Positions 1-6,927 of a stretch of DNA of 7,329 nt are shown here, in pieces (position 1 is the first letter of the stretch; every line of letters begins with the position of its first letter). The DNA comes from a virus (Duplodnaviria > Heunggongvirae > Uroviricota > Caudoviricetes): the IMG/VR virus record IMGVR_UViG_2681813205_000003; one strand, given 5' to 3'. Below the pieces are notes generated by a model. That model was not told where the DNA came from and did not search any database. It saw only the letters and a list, made by a program, of their open reading frames with translations. The position numbers and the translations under genes are program-made.

Positions 1-448
1 TGGCCGCGCAGACAGCACGGCACCACTGCGAGGTAGCTAAATCCCATGCAGCCGCCCGTCGGTCGCACGTGTCCGTTGTGTACGAATCGCGGAAACGCTC
101 CAGACTCAGGGCGCGTGTGCCGGTATAAACAGCATTGCGCCAGTGCCAGAGATTGACGCTTTCTCCGTTAATTACGGGTGCCGGAACATCGGCCAGCGTC
201 TGATGTCCAGCCGCCTGCTGTTCCTGCTGCCATGCTTCCAACTCGTGGGTAACGTGTGCCACAGCCCCGGTGGCGGTATGCAGCAGGCGGGAGGTGGTCA
301 CACGGCCCGGCAGTCGTACCGCCAGACGCAGCTCACGCAGCACAATATCCGGCCAGAATGCACCCGCTGAAATACGGGTATCACCATCATCGGTATCGGT
401 GATGTCGTCCTCTGCGGGTCCTGGTTCAGTTCTGGCAACCATACTCAT
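1..448 (-). CDS. L: Head completion/stabilization protein (P2 gpL-like), C-terminal end truncated by the window edge
   Basis: Reverse-strand frame is open from ATG at 448 (complement of cat 446-448) to position 2 with no stop in my hand translation (MSMVARTEPGPAEDD...FWPDIVLRELRLAVRLPGRVT...LADVPAPVINGESVNLWHWRNAVYTGTRALSLERFRD...). AGGAG sits 8 nt upstream of the ATG. The FWPDI, ADVPAP and HWRNAVY motifs match my recollection of the gpL family, and the position downstream of M matches P2 order. Not in the ORF track because it runs off the window. Confidence 0.75.
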   Translation of the reverse strand, partial: MSMVARTEPGPAEDDITDTDDGDTRISAGAFWPDIVLRELRLAVRLPGRVTTSRLLHTATGAVAHVTHELEAWQQEQQAAGHQTLADVPAPVINGESVNLWHWRNAVYTGTRALSLERFRDSYTTDTCDRRAAAWDLATSQWCRAVCAA

Positions 449-462
449 GGGGTTCACTCCTG

Positions 463-537
463 AAAAAAAAATCGGGCGGTGGGTGCGCGGTGTAAACGGT
501 CACGGAGTCAGACCGGAACACCGCGCACGCCGCCCGC
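463..537 (-). terminator. GC-rich two-segment inverted repeat followed on the minus strand by a 9-nt U-run, in the M-L intergenic gap; candidate intrinsic terminator/attenuator or RNA stability element
   Basis: Plus-strand arms tcgggcggtgggtgcgcggtg (472-492) and caccgcgcacgccgcccgc (519-537) pair as a 10-bp inner stem (GTGCGCGGTG/CACCGCGCAC) plus a 7-bp outer stem (CGGGCGG/CCGCCCG) with a small internal bulge. The 26-nt loop has its own CGGTC/GACCG mini-hairpin. A9 at 463-471 on plus gives U9 directly 3' of the stem on the minus-strand transcript, just before the L ribosome-binding site. Confidence 0.45.
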
Positions 538-552
538 TGACGGGGTCAGTCG

Positions 553-1353
553 TTAACCGCGCTTCGCCTTCTGCGTCGCGGTGGTTTTTCGTGTTGCAGG
601 CTTCCGCGTTGTCTTTTTACTTTTGCTGCTTTCGTCCTGCGCCTGCTGTGCGCTGGCGTCTTCTGATGCGCCTGCGGAATCGGCTTTTTTCAGGGCGCGG
701 GAAAGGGTTGCAATCTCGCGTTTCACACCTGCGTTCGGGTTCAGGTGCATTGCTTCGCGCAGCAGCTTCAGTGACAGGGCCATGCTGTCCGCATCACTCA
801 GACCACGACGGGCAAAGGCGCACGCCTTGCATAATTTGGCGCGCACTTCGTCCGGCATGTCCTGGTTGGCGACAATTTCCCAAAGTGTGTCCAGTGGTTC
901 GATAAAGGCGGATAAATCCGCGTCGGCATCCGTCCCGGCCTGCGTCAGTACCGGGTTGCAGATTTCTTCGGTCAGTACCGTGGCTGCAGTACGTCCAAAG
1001 TTATCCGGCATGATGAGGTTGTGACGGACCACATATGCACCAATACGCAGCGCCAGCGGAAGATCGCCGCAGTCAATCGCCCACACCATCAGCGTGGCAA
1101 TCACTTCATCCTGCTGCCCGCCGTCAGCCTCCAGCGTTCCCTCAATCCAGCCGGAAAAGTCCGGCAATAACTCTTTTTTGATGGCGGCTTTCGCGCTTCT
1201 GGCCTGTACGCCCTTAAGCCGGGCCTGTGCCAGACGCAGACGATACAGCACCTCTTCATGCGCGGTACGCGCGGCGTGGTCCACGCCTTCATTCGCCCGG
1301 CCTGCGCGCTGTGCCATCACGTTCTGCCAGTGTTGCTGTGCAGGAGTAATCAT
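553..1353 (-). CDS. M: Terminase small (endonuclease) subunit, P2 gpM-like
   Basis: 266-aa ORF from ATG at 1353 to TAA at 553-555 (complement), with GGAGAG upstream. The translation (MITPAQQHWQNVMAQRAG...EVLYRLRLAQARLKGV...IATLMVWAIDCGDLPLALRIGAYVVRHNLIMPDNFGRTAATVLTEE...) fits the P2 gpM family as I recall it, and it sits between N and L as in P2. It ends in a low-complexity basic tail (KSKKTTRKPATRKTTATQKAKRG). Confidence 0.85.
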   Translation of the reverse strand: MITPAQQHWQNVMAQRAGRANEGVDHAARTAHEEVLYRLRLAQARLKGVQARSAKAAIKKELLPDFSGWIEGTLEADGGQQDEVIATLMVWAIDCGDLPLALRIGAYVVRHNLIMPDNFGRTAATVLTEEICNPVLTQAGTDADADLSAFIEPLDTLWEIVANQDMPDEVRAKLCKACAFARRGLSDADSMALSLKLLREAMHLNPNAGVKREIATLSRALKKADSAGASEDASAQQAQDESSKSKKTTRKPATRKTTATQKAKRG

Positions 1354-1370
1354 TTTTTCTCTCCGTTACA

Positions 1371-1389
1371 GGCGGGCATGATGCCCGCC
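1371..1389 (-). other. Short palindromic hairpin in the N-M intergenic spacer (no U-tract)
   Basis: ggcgggcatgatgcccgcc is a near-perfect inverted repeat (7-9 bp arms), centred in the 45-nt gap between the N stop (1399) and the M start (1353). No T-run follows it on either strand, so it is not a canonical intrinsic terminator. Confidence 0.4.
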
Positions 1390-1398
1390 GTGAGTTGA

Positions 1399-2451
1399 TT
1401 AGCTGTCGGCGAACTTCAGGCCAGTGACCATCGCGCACTTGCCATAGTCTTCAACGACATAAGCGTCATTGATGGACTGGTAGGTGGCGATGCGGTTGTA
1501 TTCCGGCTCGTCTTTCATCAGGCGACGCATTGTTCCTTTCTGCCAGTAAATTGACAGGTTGTTGAACGAGGTGATCAGCATCGTTGCATCCGGGAAGAAC
1601 GGCGCAAGGAATACATCCAGCCCGCCAATGGCGCGCGATGACAGGATGAGCTGTCCGGCAAGTAATTCCGCATTGGGATTCTGGCCGCTGATGCTGTTCA
1701 GCACGGGCAGACGCAGCGAGTTAAACAGGTTGCGCCCCATAATCACCACGAGGTCGTCAGCTTCCTTGTGCCATTCATCCAGCAGGGATGAGCGCGCGTC
1801 CTGTACCAGTGCATCAGCGTTCGCATACTTACCCGCGTGCGCCACGGTGTTGTCCATGTTGCGGGAGGTCAGCGTTACATCATTCATAACGCGCTCGCTG
1901 GCGTCGGTTCTGATGTGCTCCAGCCATCCCACGTTAACGTCCTGAAGCAGCTTGTTAGTGCTGAAGTTGGACTCATCTGCGTGAGACGTGCCGTTGAAAC
2001 CGATCATGATGCGGTCAAGCGCCACCTGCCGGGCAATCTGTGTGCTGACGCGGGACTGAAAATCAGGGTGTGCCGCCCAGGCATCAAGCTGCGGATACGA
2101 AATAAACGTGTCGTAGTTCACCTGTTCGCACTGGTATTTGCGGTTTTTCAGATCAACCACGTTATTCGGGTTACGGCGTTTTGTGCCGTCATAACTGGTA
2201 TTCGTGCGCGCAATCGGCCCGGTGGTGTCCAGGAGGATTTTTTCGCCTTTCTGGTCAGTCACACCGAACACGTTAATTTTTTTTGTAAATTCAGTGCTCT
2301 CCTTTACTGCGTTTTCAAAACGCTGCTGCACCGAGGGTTCTACGGTAAATCGCGATACCAGTGCAGATACCGGGATATTGTTAAGCGACGCCTGCTGCGC
2401 CATATAGCAACCCAGCTTGTTGCGGGTAATATCTGACATCACCAGATTCAT
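1399..2451 (-). CDS. N: Major capsid protein, P2 gpN-like
   Basis: 350-aa ORF. The ATG at 2451 is preceded by AAGGAG with 10-nt spacing (aaaggagcaaattttttATG on the reverse strand). The translation (…FTVEPSVQQRFENAVKESTEFTKKINVFGVTDQKGEKILLDTTGPIARTNTS…) matches my recollection of the P2-family major capsid protein, and it lies directly downstream of O. Confidence 0.9.
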   Translation of the reverse strand: MNLVMSDITRNKLGCYMAQQASLNNIPVSALVSRFTVEPSVQQRFENAVKESTEFTKKINVFGVTDQKGEKILLDTTGPIARTNTSYDGTKRRNPNNVVDLKNRKYQCEQVNYDTFISYPQLDAWAAHPDFQSRVSTQIARQVALDRIMIGFNGTSHADESNFSTNKLLQDVNVGWLEHIRTDASERVMNDVTLTSRNMDNTVAHAGKYANADALVQDARSSLLDEWHKEADDLVVIMGRNLFNSLRLPVLNSISGQNPNAELLAGQLILSSRAIGGLDVFLAPFFPDATMLITSFNNLSIYWQKGTMRRLMKDEPEYNRIATYQSINDAYVVEDYGKCAMVTGLKFADS

Positions 2452-2474
2452 AAAAAATTTGCTCCTTTGTCTTA

Positions 2475-3311
2475 TCAGAAGTCAGCCAGCTGGTCGGAGG
2501 CTGCGCCCGTTGCGGTGAACCGGTTCTGCGGATCGCCGTCCTGCGTGCGCAGTTTTTCCTTCAGTGCTGTCAGCTCTGTGGTCAGTGACGTAATTTTCTG
2601 GCGGTCCTGCTGATGGCGGGTTTCCAGCACATTAAAACGGTCGATAATGTCGGCCTGTGACGTTGCGACGCCTTCCACCGCTTCCTGAATACGGGAAAAA
2701 CTGGCGTCATCCGCTTTGCGGCCACGGCCAATAATCCCCATTACGCGGTTAAACCACTGGGTGCCTTCTTCCTGGCGTTGTTCTGCCATTTCGATGATTT
2801 CAGACTCGATGGCTTCGGAGATAAGCGGCGCTTCACCCTGGACACTGTTGAACGTCATTACCGCCTGACGTTGCTGTGCCGTGAATTTCAGGCGCTCAGT
2901 GCCCAGGCTTGCCGGGGTGTCGGTCATCGCCAGCCCGACCAGATAGGCGCGCCCGTTAACGGAGAACTGCGGGTGCAGTTCGATACTGGAATAGATTTTC
3001 TTGCCGTCCGCGACAAGCTGCTTCATGCGCTCGGTCGGTTCGATTTCTGCATACAGCGCAGTACGTCCGGCCAGCGGACCTTCCGTAATGTCTTCCGTAC
3101 TCAGTGCGGTGACATCGCCCATTGCGGAAAATTCGCTTGACGGGCATGGCGAGAGATAGTGCTCAACGTTCACGCGGGCAGCGTAAACATCCGGGTTGAA
3201 GTTCTCGGCGGCTTCACGCAGATGCACCGGACTGATTTCACGGCCATCAACAGTTGATCCGGAGACAGCCACGCGAAACTTTTTGCGGGATGTCTTTTTT
3301 TCATTAGCCAT
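2475..3311 (-). CDS. O: Capsid scaffolding protein, P2 gpO-like
   Basis: ORF-track frame 2475..3344. I place the start at the internal ATG at 3311 (MANEKKTSRKKFRVAVSGSTVDGREISPVHLREAAENFNPDVYAARVNVEHY...) because it has a GAGGGG ribosome-binding site 8 nt upstream and the N-terminus then resembles my recollection of P2 gpO (MAKKVSKFFRIGVEGDTCDGRVIS...). Downstream motifs (YSSIELHPQF, YLVGLAMTDTPASLGTERLKF) fit the GPO family. Confidence 0.87.
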   Translation of the reverse strand: MANEKKTSRKKFRVAVSGSTVDGREISPVHLREAAENFNPDVYAARVNVEHYLSPCPSSEFSAMGDVTALSTEDITEGPLAGRTALYAEIEPTERMKQLVADGKKIYSSIELHPQFSVNGRAYLVGLAMTDTPASLGTERLKFTAQQRQAVMTFNSVQGEAPLISEAIESEIIEMAEQRQEEGTQWFNRVMGIIGRGRKADDASFSRIQEAVEGVATSQADIIDRFNVLETRHQQDRQKITSLTTELTALKEKLRTQDGDPQNRFTATGAASDQLADF

Positions 3312-3465
3312 AGTTTTTGCCCCTCTGACTGGTTCTTCAGTCATGATGGCAAAGCGTAACAGGCTGATACAAAGGGCTTTTGTTGTAAGAAAACGGCCAG
3401 AACAGGGGGTTAAGGAGAACAGTTTCGCGCGCGGGTAATCTTCCTGTAATTACTCAGGGGGAGCA
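3312..3465. promoter_or_regulatory. Divergent intergenic control region between O (minus) and P (plus); expected site of the two late promoters
   Basis: 154-bp non-coding gap between divergently transcribed operons, as at the P2 P/O junction. It contains a partial dyad TGTTGT...AGAACA (3381-3404), a small ACAAA/TTTGT inverted repeat (3369-3386), a CGCGCGCG palindrome (3426-3433) and a TGTAAT -10-like hexamer (3445-3450). No exact TGT-N12-ACA activator dyad and no clean sigma70 -35/-10 pair found by eye. Confidence 0.5.
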
Positions 3466-5217
3466 ATGATTCAGGACGCTTTTGTGCGCCAGCGTGCGCG
3501 GCAACTTTACTGGCAGGGTTATCCGCCCGCAGAAATATCACGTCTGATGGGAATAAACCCGAACACGATTTATGCGTGGAAAAAACGCGACCAGTGGGAT
3601 GAAACGCCACCCGTGCAGCGTGTCACGCAGTCCATCGATGCGCGCCTCATCCAGCTTACTGAAAAACAGAATAAAACAGGCGGTGACTTTAAGGAAATAG
3701 ACCTGCTGACCCGGCAGCTTAAAAAACTGCATGATGGCCAGCCGGATGCGACGGCCACAGGAAAGAAAGGCCGGGCGAAAAAACTCAAAAATCATTTCAC
3801 GCCGGAACAGATTGCCGCACTGCGGGAAAAAATCATCAGCAGGCTGGAGTGGCATCAGCGGGGCTGGTTTGACTCCCTGACCCTTTGCAGGGAAGCCGGG
3901 ATACGTAACAGGATGATCCTGAAATCCCGACAGATTGGGGCGACCTGGTATTTTGCACAGGAAGCACTGCTGATGGCGCTGCGTGACGATGTGGCGCAAC
4001 CTTACCAGCGTAACCAGATTTTTTTGTCTGCGTCGCGTCGTCAGGCGTTCCAGTTTAAAAGCATTATTCAGAAGGCCGCGGCTGAAGTTGATGTGGAGCT
4101 GAAAGGGGGCGATAAAATCATCCTCTCCAACGGCGCAGAGCTGCATTTTCTCGGCACTTCTGCTGCGTCGGCACAGTCCTATACGGGCAATTTTTATTTT
4201 GATGAATTTTTCTGGGTCAGTCGCTTTGCTGAACTGCGCAAGGTGGCTGGCGCTATGGCAACCCTCAGCGGACTGCGGCGCACCTACTTCTCCACGCCAT
4301 CCACCGAAACGCACGAGGCATACGCCTACTGGAATGGCGACCGCTGGAACGAGAAAAAGGCCTCGCATAAACGCCAGCGTTTTTCTGTGGACTGGAAAAC
4401 GCTGCATAACGGGCTTATCTGCCCTGACCGGACGTGGCGGCAAATTGTCACGCTGGAAGATGTGGTTAATCACGGCTGGAAACACACCGATATCGACGAA
4501 ATTCGTGATGAAAACACCGAAGACGAGTTCCTCAATCTCTATATGTGTGAGTTTGTCCGCGAAGGGGAATCGGCATTTAACCTGAATATCCTGATTGGCT
4601 GCGGTGTTGACGGATACGACGACTGGAAAGACTGGAAACCTTTTGCTCCCCGACCGATGGGGAATCGTCCGGTATGGATTGGGTATGACGCAAACGGCAG
4701 TAGTGGCAACGGCGACAGCGGCGCTGTGTCCGTTGTGGTTCCTCCGGCTGTTCCTGGTGGCCGTTTTCGAACGGTGGAGACTCGACGCGTTCAGGGGCTG
4801 GAGTTTGAAGAGCAGGCCAGAGTCATTGAAGAGTTCACGTATCGCTACAACGTGGAACACATCGGCATTGATGTGACGGGCGGGAACGGGGAGGCTGTTT
4901 ATCAGATAGTGAAGCGGTTTTTCCCTGCTGCTATTCCGTACACCTTCACGCTGTCATCAAAACGGTCGCTGGTACTGAAAATGCTGCAAATAATGCGTGC
5001 CGGGCGGTGGGAATACGATCGCGCCGAACGCGAGCTGGTCGCGGCCTTTAACGCCGTGCGTAAGGTGAAAACACCGGGCGGCTTTATCACTTACGAAACG
5101 GACCGAGCGAGGGGGATCAGCCACGGCGACCTTGCGTGGGCAACCATGCTTGCTGTCATTAACGAACCGATTGGCGGCGAAGGAGAAAACGAGCGTTTCA
5201 CGGTTATGGAGTTCTGA
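3466..5217 (+). CDS. P: Terminase large (ATPase) subunit, P2 gpP-like
   Basis: 583-aa ORF with a G-rich ribosome-binding site (cagggggagcaATG). N-terminal HTH-like segment (YPPAEISRLMGINPNTIYAWKKR), deviant Walker A-like KSRQIGATWYFAQ and Walker B-like FYFDEFFW, all typical of P2-type terminase ATPase subunits as I recall them. Its stop overlaps the start of the portal gene. Confidence 0.9.
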   Translation: MIQDAFVRQRARQLYWQGYPPAEISRLMGINPNTIYAWKKRDQWDETPPVQRVTQSIDARLIQLTEKQNKTGGDFKEIDLLTRQLKKLHDGQPDATATGKKGRAKKLKNHFTPEQIAALREKIISRLEWHQRGWFDSLTLCREAGIRNRMILKSRQIGATWYFAQEALLMALRDDVAQPYQRNQIFLSASRRQAFQFKSIIQKAAAEVDVELKGGDKIILSNGAELHFLGTSAASAQSYTGNFYFDEFFWVSRFAELRKVAGAMATLSGLRRTYFSTPSTETHEAYAYWNGDRWNEKKASHKRQRFSVDWKTLHNGLICPDRTWRQIVTLEDVVNHGWKHTDIDEIRDENTEDEFLNLYMCEFVREGESAFNLNILIGCGVDGYDDWKDWKPFAPRPMGNRPVWIGYDANGSSGNGDSGAVSVVVPPAVPGGRFRTVETRRVQGLEFEEQARVIEEFTYRYNVEHIGIDVTGGNGEAVYQIVKRFFPAAIPYTFTLSSKRSLVLKMLQIMRAGRWEYDRAERELVAAFNAVRKVKTPGGFITYETDRARGISHGDLAWATMLAVINEPIGGEGENERFTVMEF

Positions 5218-6263
5218 TGAGCAGAAAAAATAAAAAAGTGCGCATGAGTTCACGCATTGATCTCGCTGATGCGCTCAGGAAAGAATCATCGCTCAGTGCA
5301 TTCACATTTGATGGTCCTTATCGCCTGACCGGGCATGACCTGCTGGATAATATGTACTGTGCTGATAACGGGCGGTGGTATGAAACCCCGGTGGACTGGT
5401 ACGGTCTGGCAAGAGCTGCCCGGCAAACGTCCTGGCATCAGTCTGCGCTTTACTTTAAGCGCAATGTATTACTCGGTTGCTACATCCCGCACCCGTTGCT
5501 TTCCCGGCAGGATTTCTCGGCGCTGGCGCTGGACTGGTTTGTGTTCGGTAACGCATTCCTTGAGCTTCGAAGCAATATGCTCGGCGAACCGCTTAAATTA
5601 CGGCACGCCCTGGCGAAATACATGCGACGCGGAAGCGATCTTGAATCATGGTGGTATGTGCAGGATGGCAAGGGCGCGTTCCAGTTTCGCCCTGGCAAAG
5701 TGTGCCACCTGATGAATCCGGACATTAACCAGGAAATCTACGGCATGCCGGAATATCTTGGCGCATTACTCTCGGCCAGCCTGTCTCATTCGGCGGACAT
5801 GTTCAGAAAACTGTACTACGACAACGGATCCCACGCCGGGTGCATCATCTACATCGGTGCAGCGCAGGTAAACCGCGAAAGCATGGACTCCCTGAAGGAA
5901 ACGCTACAGGGGGCACGTGGTGGTGGTGCGTTTAAAAACGTGCTCATTCATGCGCCCAACGGGGGCAAAGAGGGGGTGCAAATTTTGCCGTTCCAGCAGA
6001 TCACCGCAAAGGATGAGTTCATGAATGTTAAGGCGGCATCCCGTGATGATGTGCTGGCTTCGCACCGCGTTCCGCCGCAACTGATGGGGGCGATGCCGGG
6101 CGAAAAAAGTGCGTTTGGTGATGTGGAGAAGGCAGCGCGGGTTTACGCAATTAACGAGCTGATGCCTGTCATGGAGGCCATGAAGCACATCAATGACTGG
6201 CTTGGTGAAGAGGTGATCCGTTTTAATTCTTATGCTCTTCTTGATGAAAAAACAGCCCCGTGA
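5217..6263 (+). CDS. Q: Portal protein (capsid portal vertex), P2 gpQ-like
   Basis: 348-aa ORF starting at the ATG in the TGATG overlap with the P stop (5215-5219). The translation fits my recollection of P2 gpQ / PBSX-type portal proteins, and P followed by Q matches P2 order. It ends at TGA 6261-6263, inside the loop of the downstream terminator hairpin. Confidence 0.9.
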   Translation: MSRKNKKVRMSSRIDLADALRKESSLSAFTFDGPYRLTGHDLLDNMYCADNGRWYETPVDWYGLARAARQTSWHQSALYFKRNVLLGCYIPHPLLSRQDFSALALDWFVFGNAFLELRSNMLGEPLKLRHALAKYMRRGSDLESWWYVQDGKGAFQFRPGKVCHLMNPDINQEIYGMPEYLGALLSASLSHSADMFRKLYYDNGSHAGCIIYIGAAQVNRESMDSLKETLQGARGGGAFKNVLIHAPNGGKEGVQILPFQQITAKDEFMNVKAASRDDVLASHRVPPQLMGAMPGEKSAFGDVEKAARVYAINELMPVMEAMKHINDWLGEEVIRFNSYALLDEKTAP

Positions 6264-6280
6264 TGGGGCTGTCCTTTTTA
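6245..6280. terminator. Bidirectional intrinsic terminator shared by the convergent Q gene and the 6278..6802 ORF
   Basis: Stem acagcccc (6252-6259) / ggggctgt (6265-6272), 8 bp, with a 5-nt loop gtgat. It is followed on plus by ccttttta (T5) and preceded on plus by gaaaaaa (6245-6251), which gives a U-run after the same hairpin on the minus strand. The stop codons of both convergent genes abut or overlap the structure. Confidence 0.7.
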
Positions 6281-6802
6281 CCAGAGTTGAACCATTTTCT
6301 GGGTGCCGTCAGGCTTGAGATTATCAATTTCAGAGAGAACGTAATATTGGATGGCTTCACAAACGGTGGTGTATGGTGAATTACCTTCTTTAAGTGGCAC
6401 GATATTATTATTAACGCGAACCTGTATTTCATCGTTATACATTGCGATCGAAAGAGGAGTATGCACGAACGCGACTTCGCCAGGTGTGTCGTCAACCACT
6501 GTCTCAATGCTGAAAATCAGTTTTCGCTCATCATTGCCGCCCCTTGCTTTGGGGGTGGCGGCAGGAATCTGAGATAAAGGCATTCTGCGAAACCCTTCAG
6601 TTGTTTCCAGTCCGCATGAAACGTAATGCTGGCGATTACCGTCGCTATCCGTCCATGTCTGTGATGGCAGCTCCAGAGAGATTTCATAAGCATCAACAAT
6701 TCCCTGGGCAAGGTGTACAAGCGGGGTCAGATCTTCATTGCGGCGAAAACTTTCCTTTACCTGCTCTCGTTTTTCTCGTAACTGCTTGTAATTAATGACC
6801 AT
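6278..6802 (-). CDS. Hypothetical protein of unknown function (174 aa); candidate accessory/cargo gene of the prophage
   Basis: Minus-strand ORF. I favour the ATG at 6802 (MVINYKQLREKREQVKESFRRNEDLTPLVH...) because of a strong GGAGG 7 nt upstream (aatggaggctgttttATG); the ORF-track start at 6841 is a GTG. It ends at TAA (complement of 6278-6280) inside the bidirectional terminator. I recognise no family and see no Walker, HEPN or nuclease motif. Hand counts of 60-nt blocks give about 35-52% GC here versus about 55-65% in the structural genes. Confidence 0.6.
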   Translation of the reverse strand: MVINYKQLREKREQVKESFRRNEDLTPLVHLAQGIVDAYEISLELPSQTWTDSDGNRQHYVSCGLETTEGFRRMPLSQIPAATPKARGGNDERKLIFSIETVVDDTPGEVAFVHTPLSIAMYNDEIQVRVNNNIVPLKEGNSPYTTVCEAIQYYVLSEIDNLKPDGTQKMVQLW

Positions 6803-6904
6803 AAAACAGCCTCCATTGATTTCTTTGCTCGTATTTTGCACTTATGAAGTGTGGTCGGCAAGGTGCTGCATCACTGACGCGCTTCGCTTGTCTGCTGCTT
6901 CGCC

Positions 6905-6927
6905 GGGGCATAAAAAATTTATGCCCC
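6905..6927. repeat. Perfect 10-bp-arm inverted repeat with 3-bp spacer (GGGGCATAAA-aaa-TTTATGCCCC)
   Basis: ggggcataaaaaatttatgcccc at 6905-6927 is exactly self-complementary. It lies about 100 bp upstream of the 6802 start codon (in minus-strand sense) and 18 nt downstream of a possible 42-codon small ORF. No T-run follows on either strand, so it is more likely a protein-binding palindrome or RNA hairpin than a canonical terminator. Confidence 0.5.

Noticed and set aside
270-905. 211-aa plus-strand ORF (and 143..370, 581..1024 plus)
   Set aside because: Antisense to the L and M coding frames and spanning their intergenic terminator; low-complexity R/S/A-rich translation; no ribosome-binding site. 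Shadow ORFs.
1837-2436. 199-aa plus-strand ORF (and 1559..1945, 2204..2407 plus)
   Set aside because: Antisense to the major capsid gene N; no independent support.
2778-3147. Plus-strand 120-aa ORF and minus-strand 63-aa ORF inside O
   Set aside because: Overlap the scaffold gene in alternative frames or on the opposite strand; no ribosome-binding sites.
3312-3344. Upstream ATG (3344) for O, giving 289 aa
   Set aside because: The ATG at 3311 has a GAGGGG ribosome-binding site 8 nt upstream and yields an N-terminus resembling gpO; the extra 11 codons (MTEEPVRGAKT) would overlap that site.
3538-4860. 440-aa minus-strand ORF
   Set aside because: Lies entirely antisense to the terminase ATPase gene, whose translation carries recognisable HTH and Walker-like motifs. 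The antisense product has an odd composition and no start context. Shadow ORF of a GC-rich coding region.
6351-6795. Plus-strand ORFs 6351..6572 and 6544..6795, and minus-strand alternative-frame ORFs 6223..6507 and 6517..6720
   Set aside because: All overlap the 6278..6802 minus-strand ORF, which is longer, has a strong GGAGG ribosome-binding site and ends at the terminator. The others are alternative-frame or antisense shadows.
6803-6841. Upstream GTG start (6841) for the cargo ORF, giving 187 aa
   Set aside because: No ribosome-binding site ahead of the GTG, whereas the internal ATG at 6802 has GGAGG at ideal spacing. The 13 extra codons are retained only as a less likely alternative.
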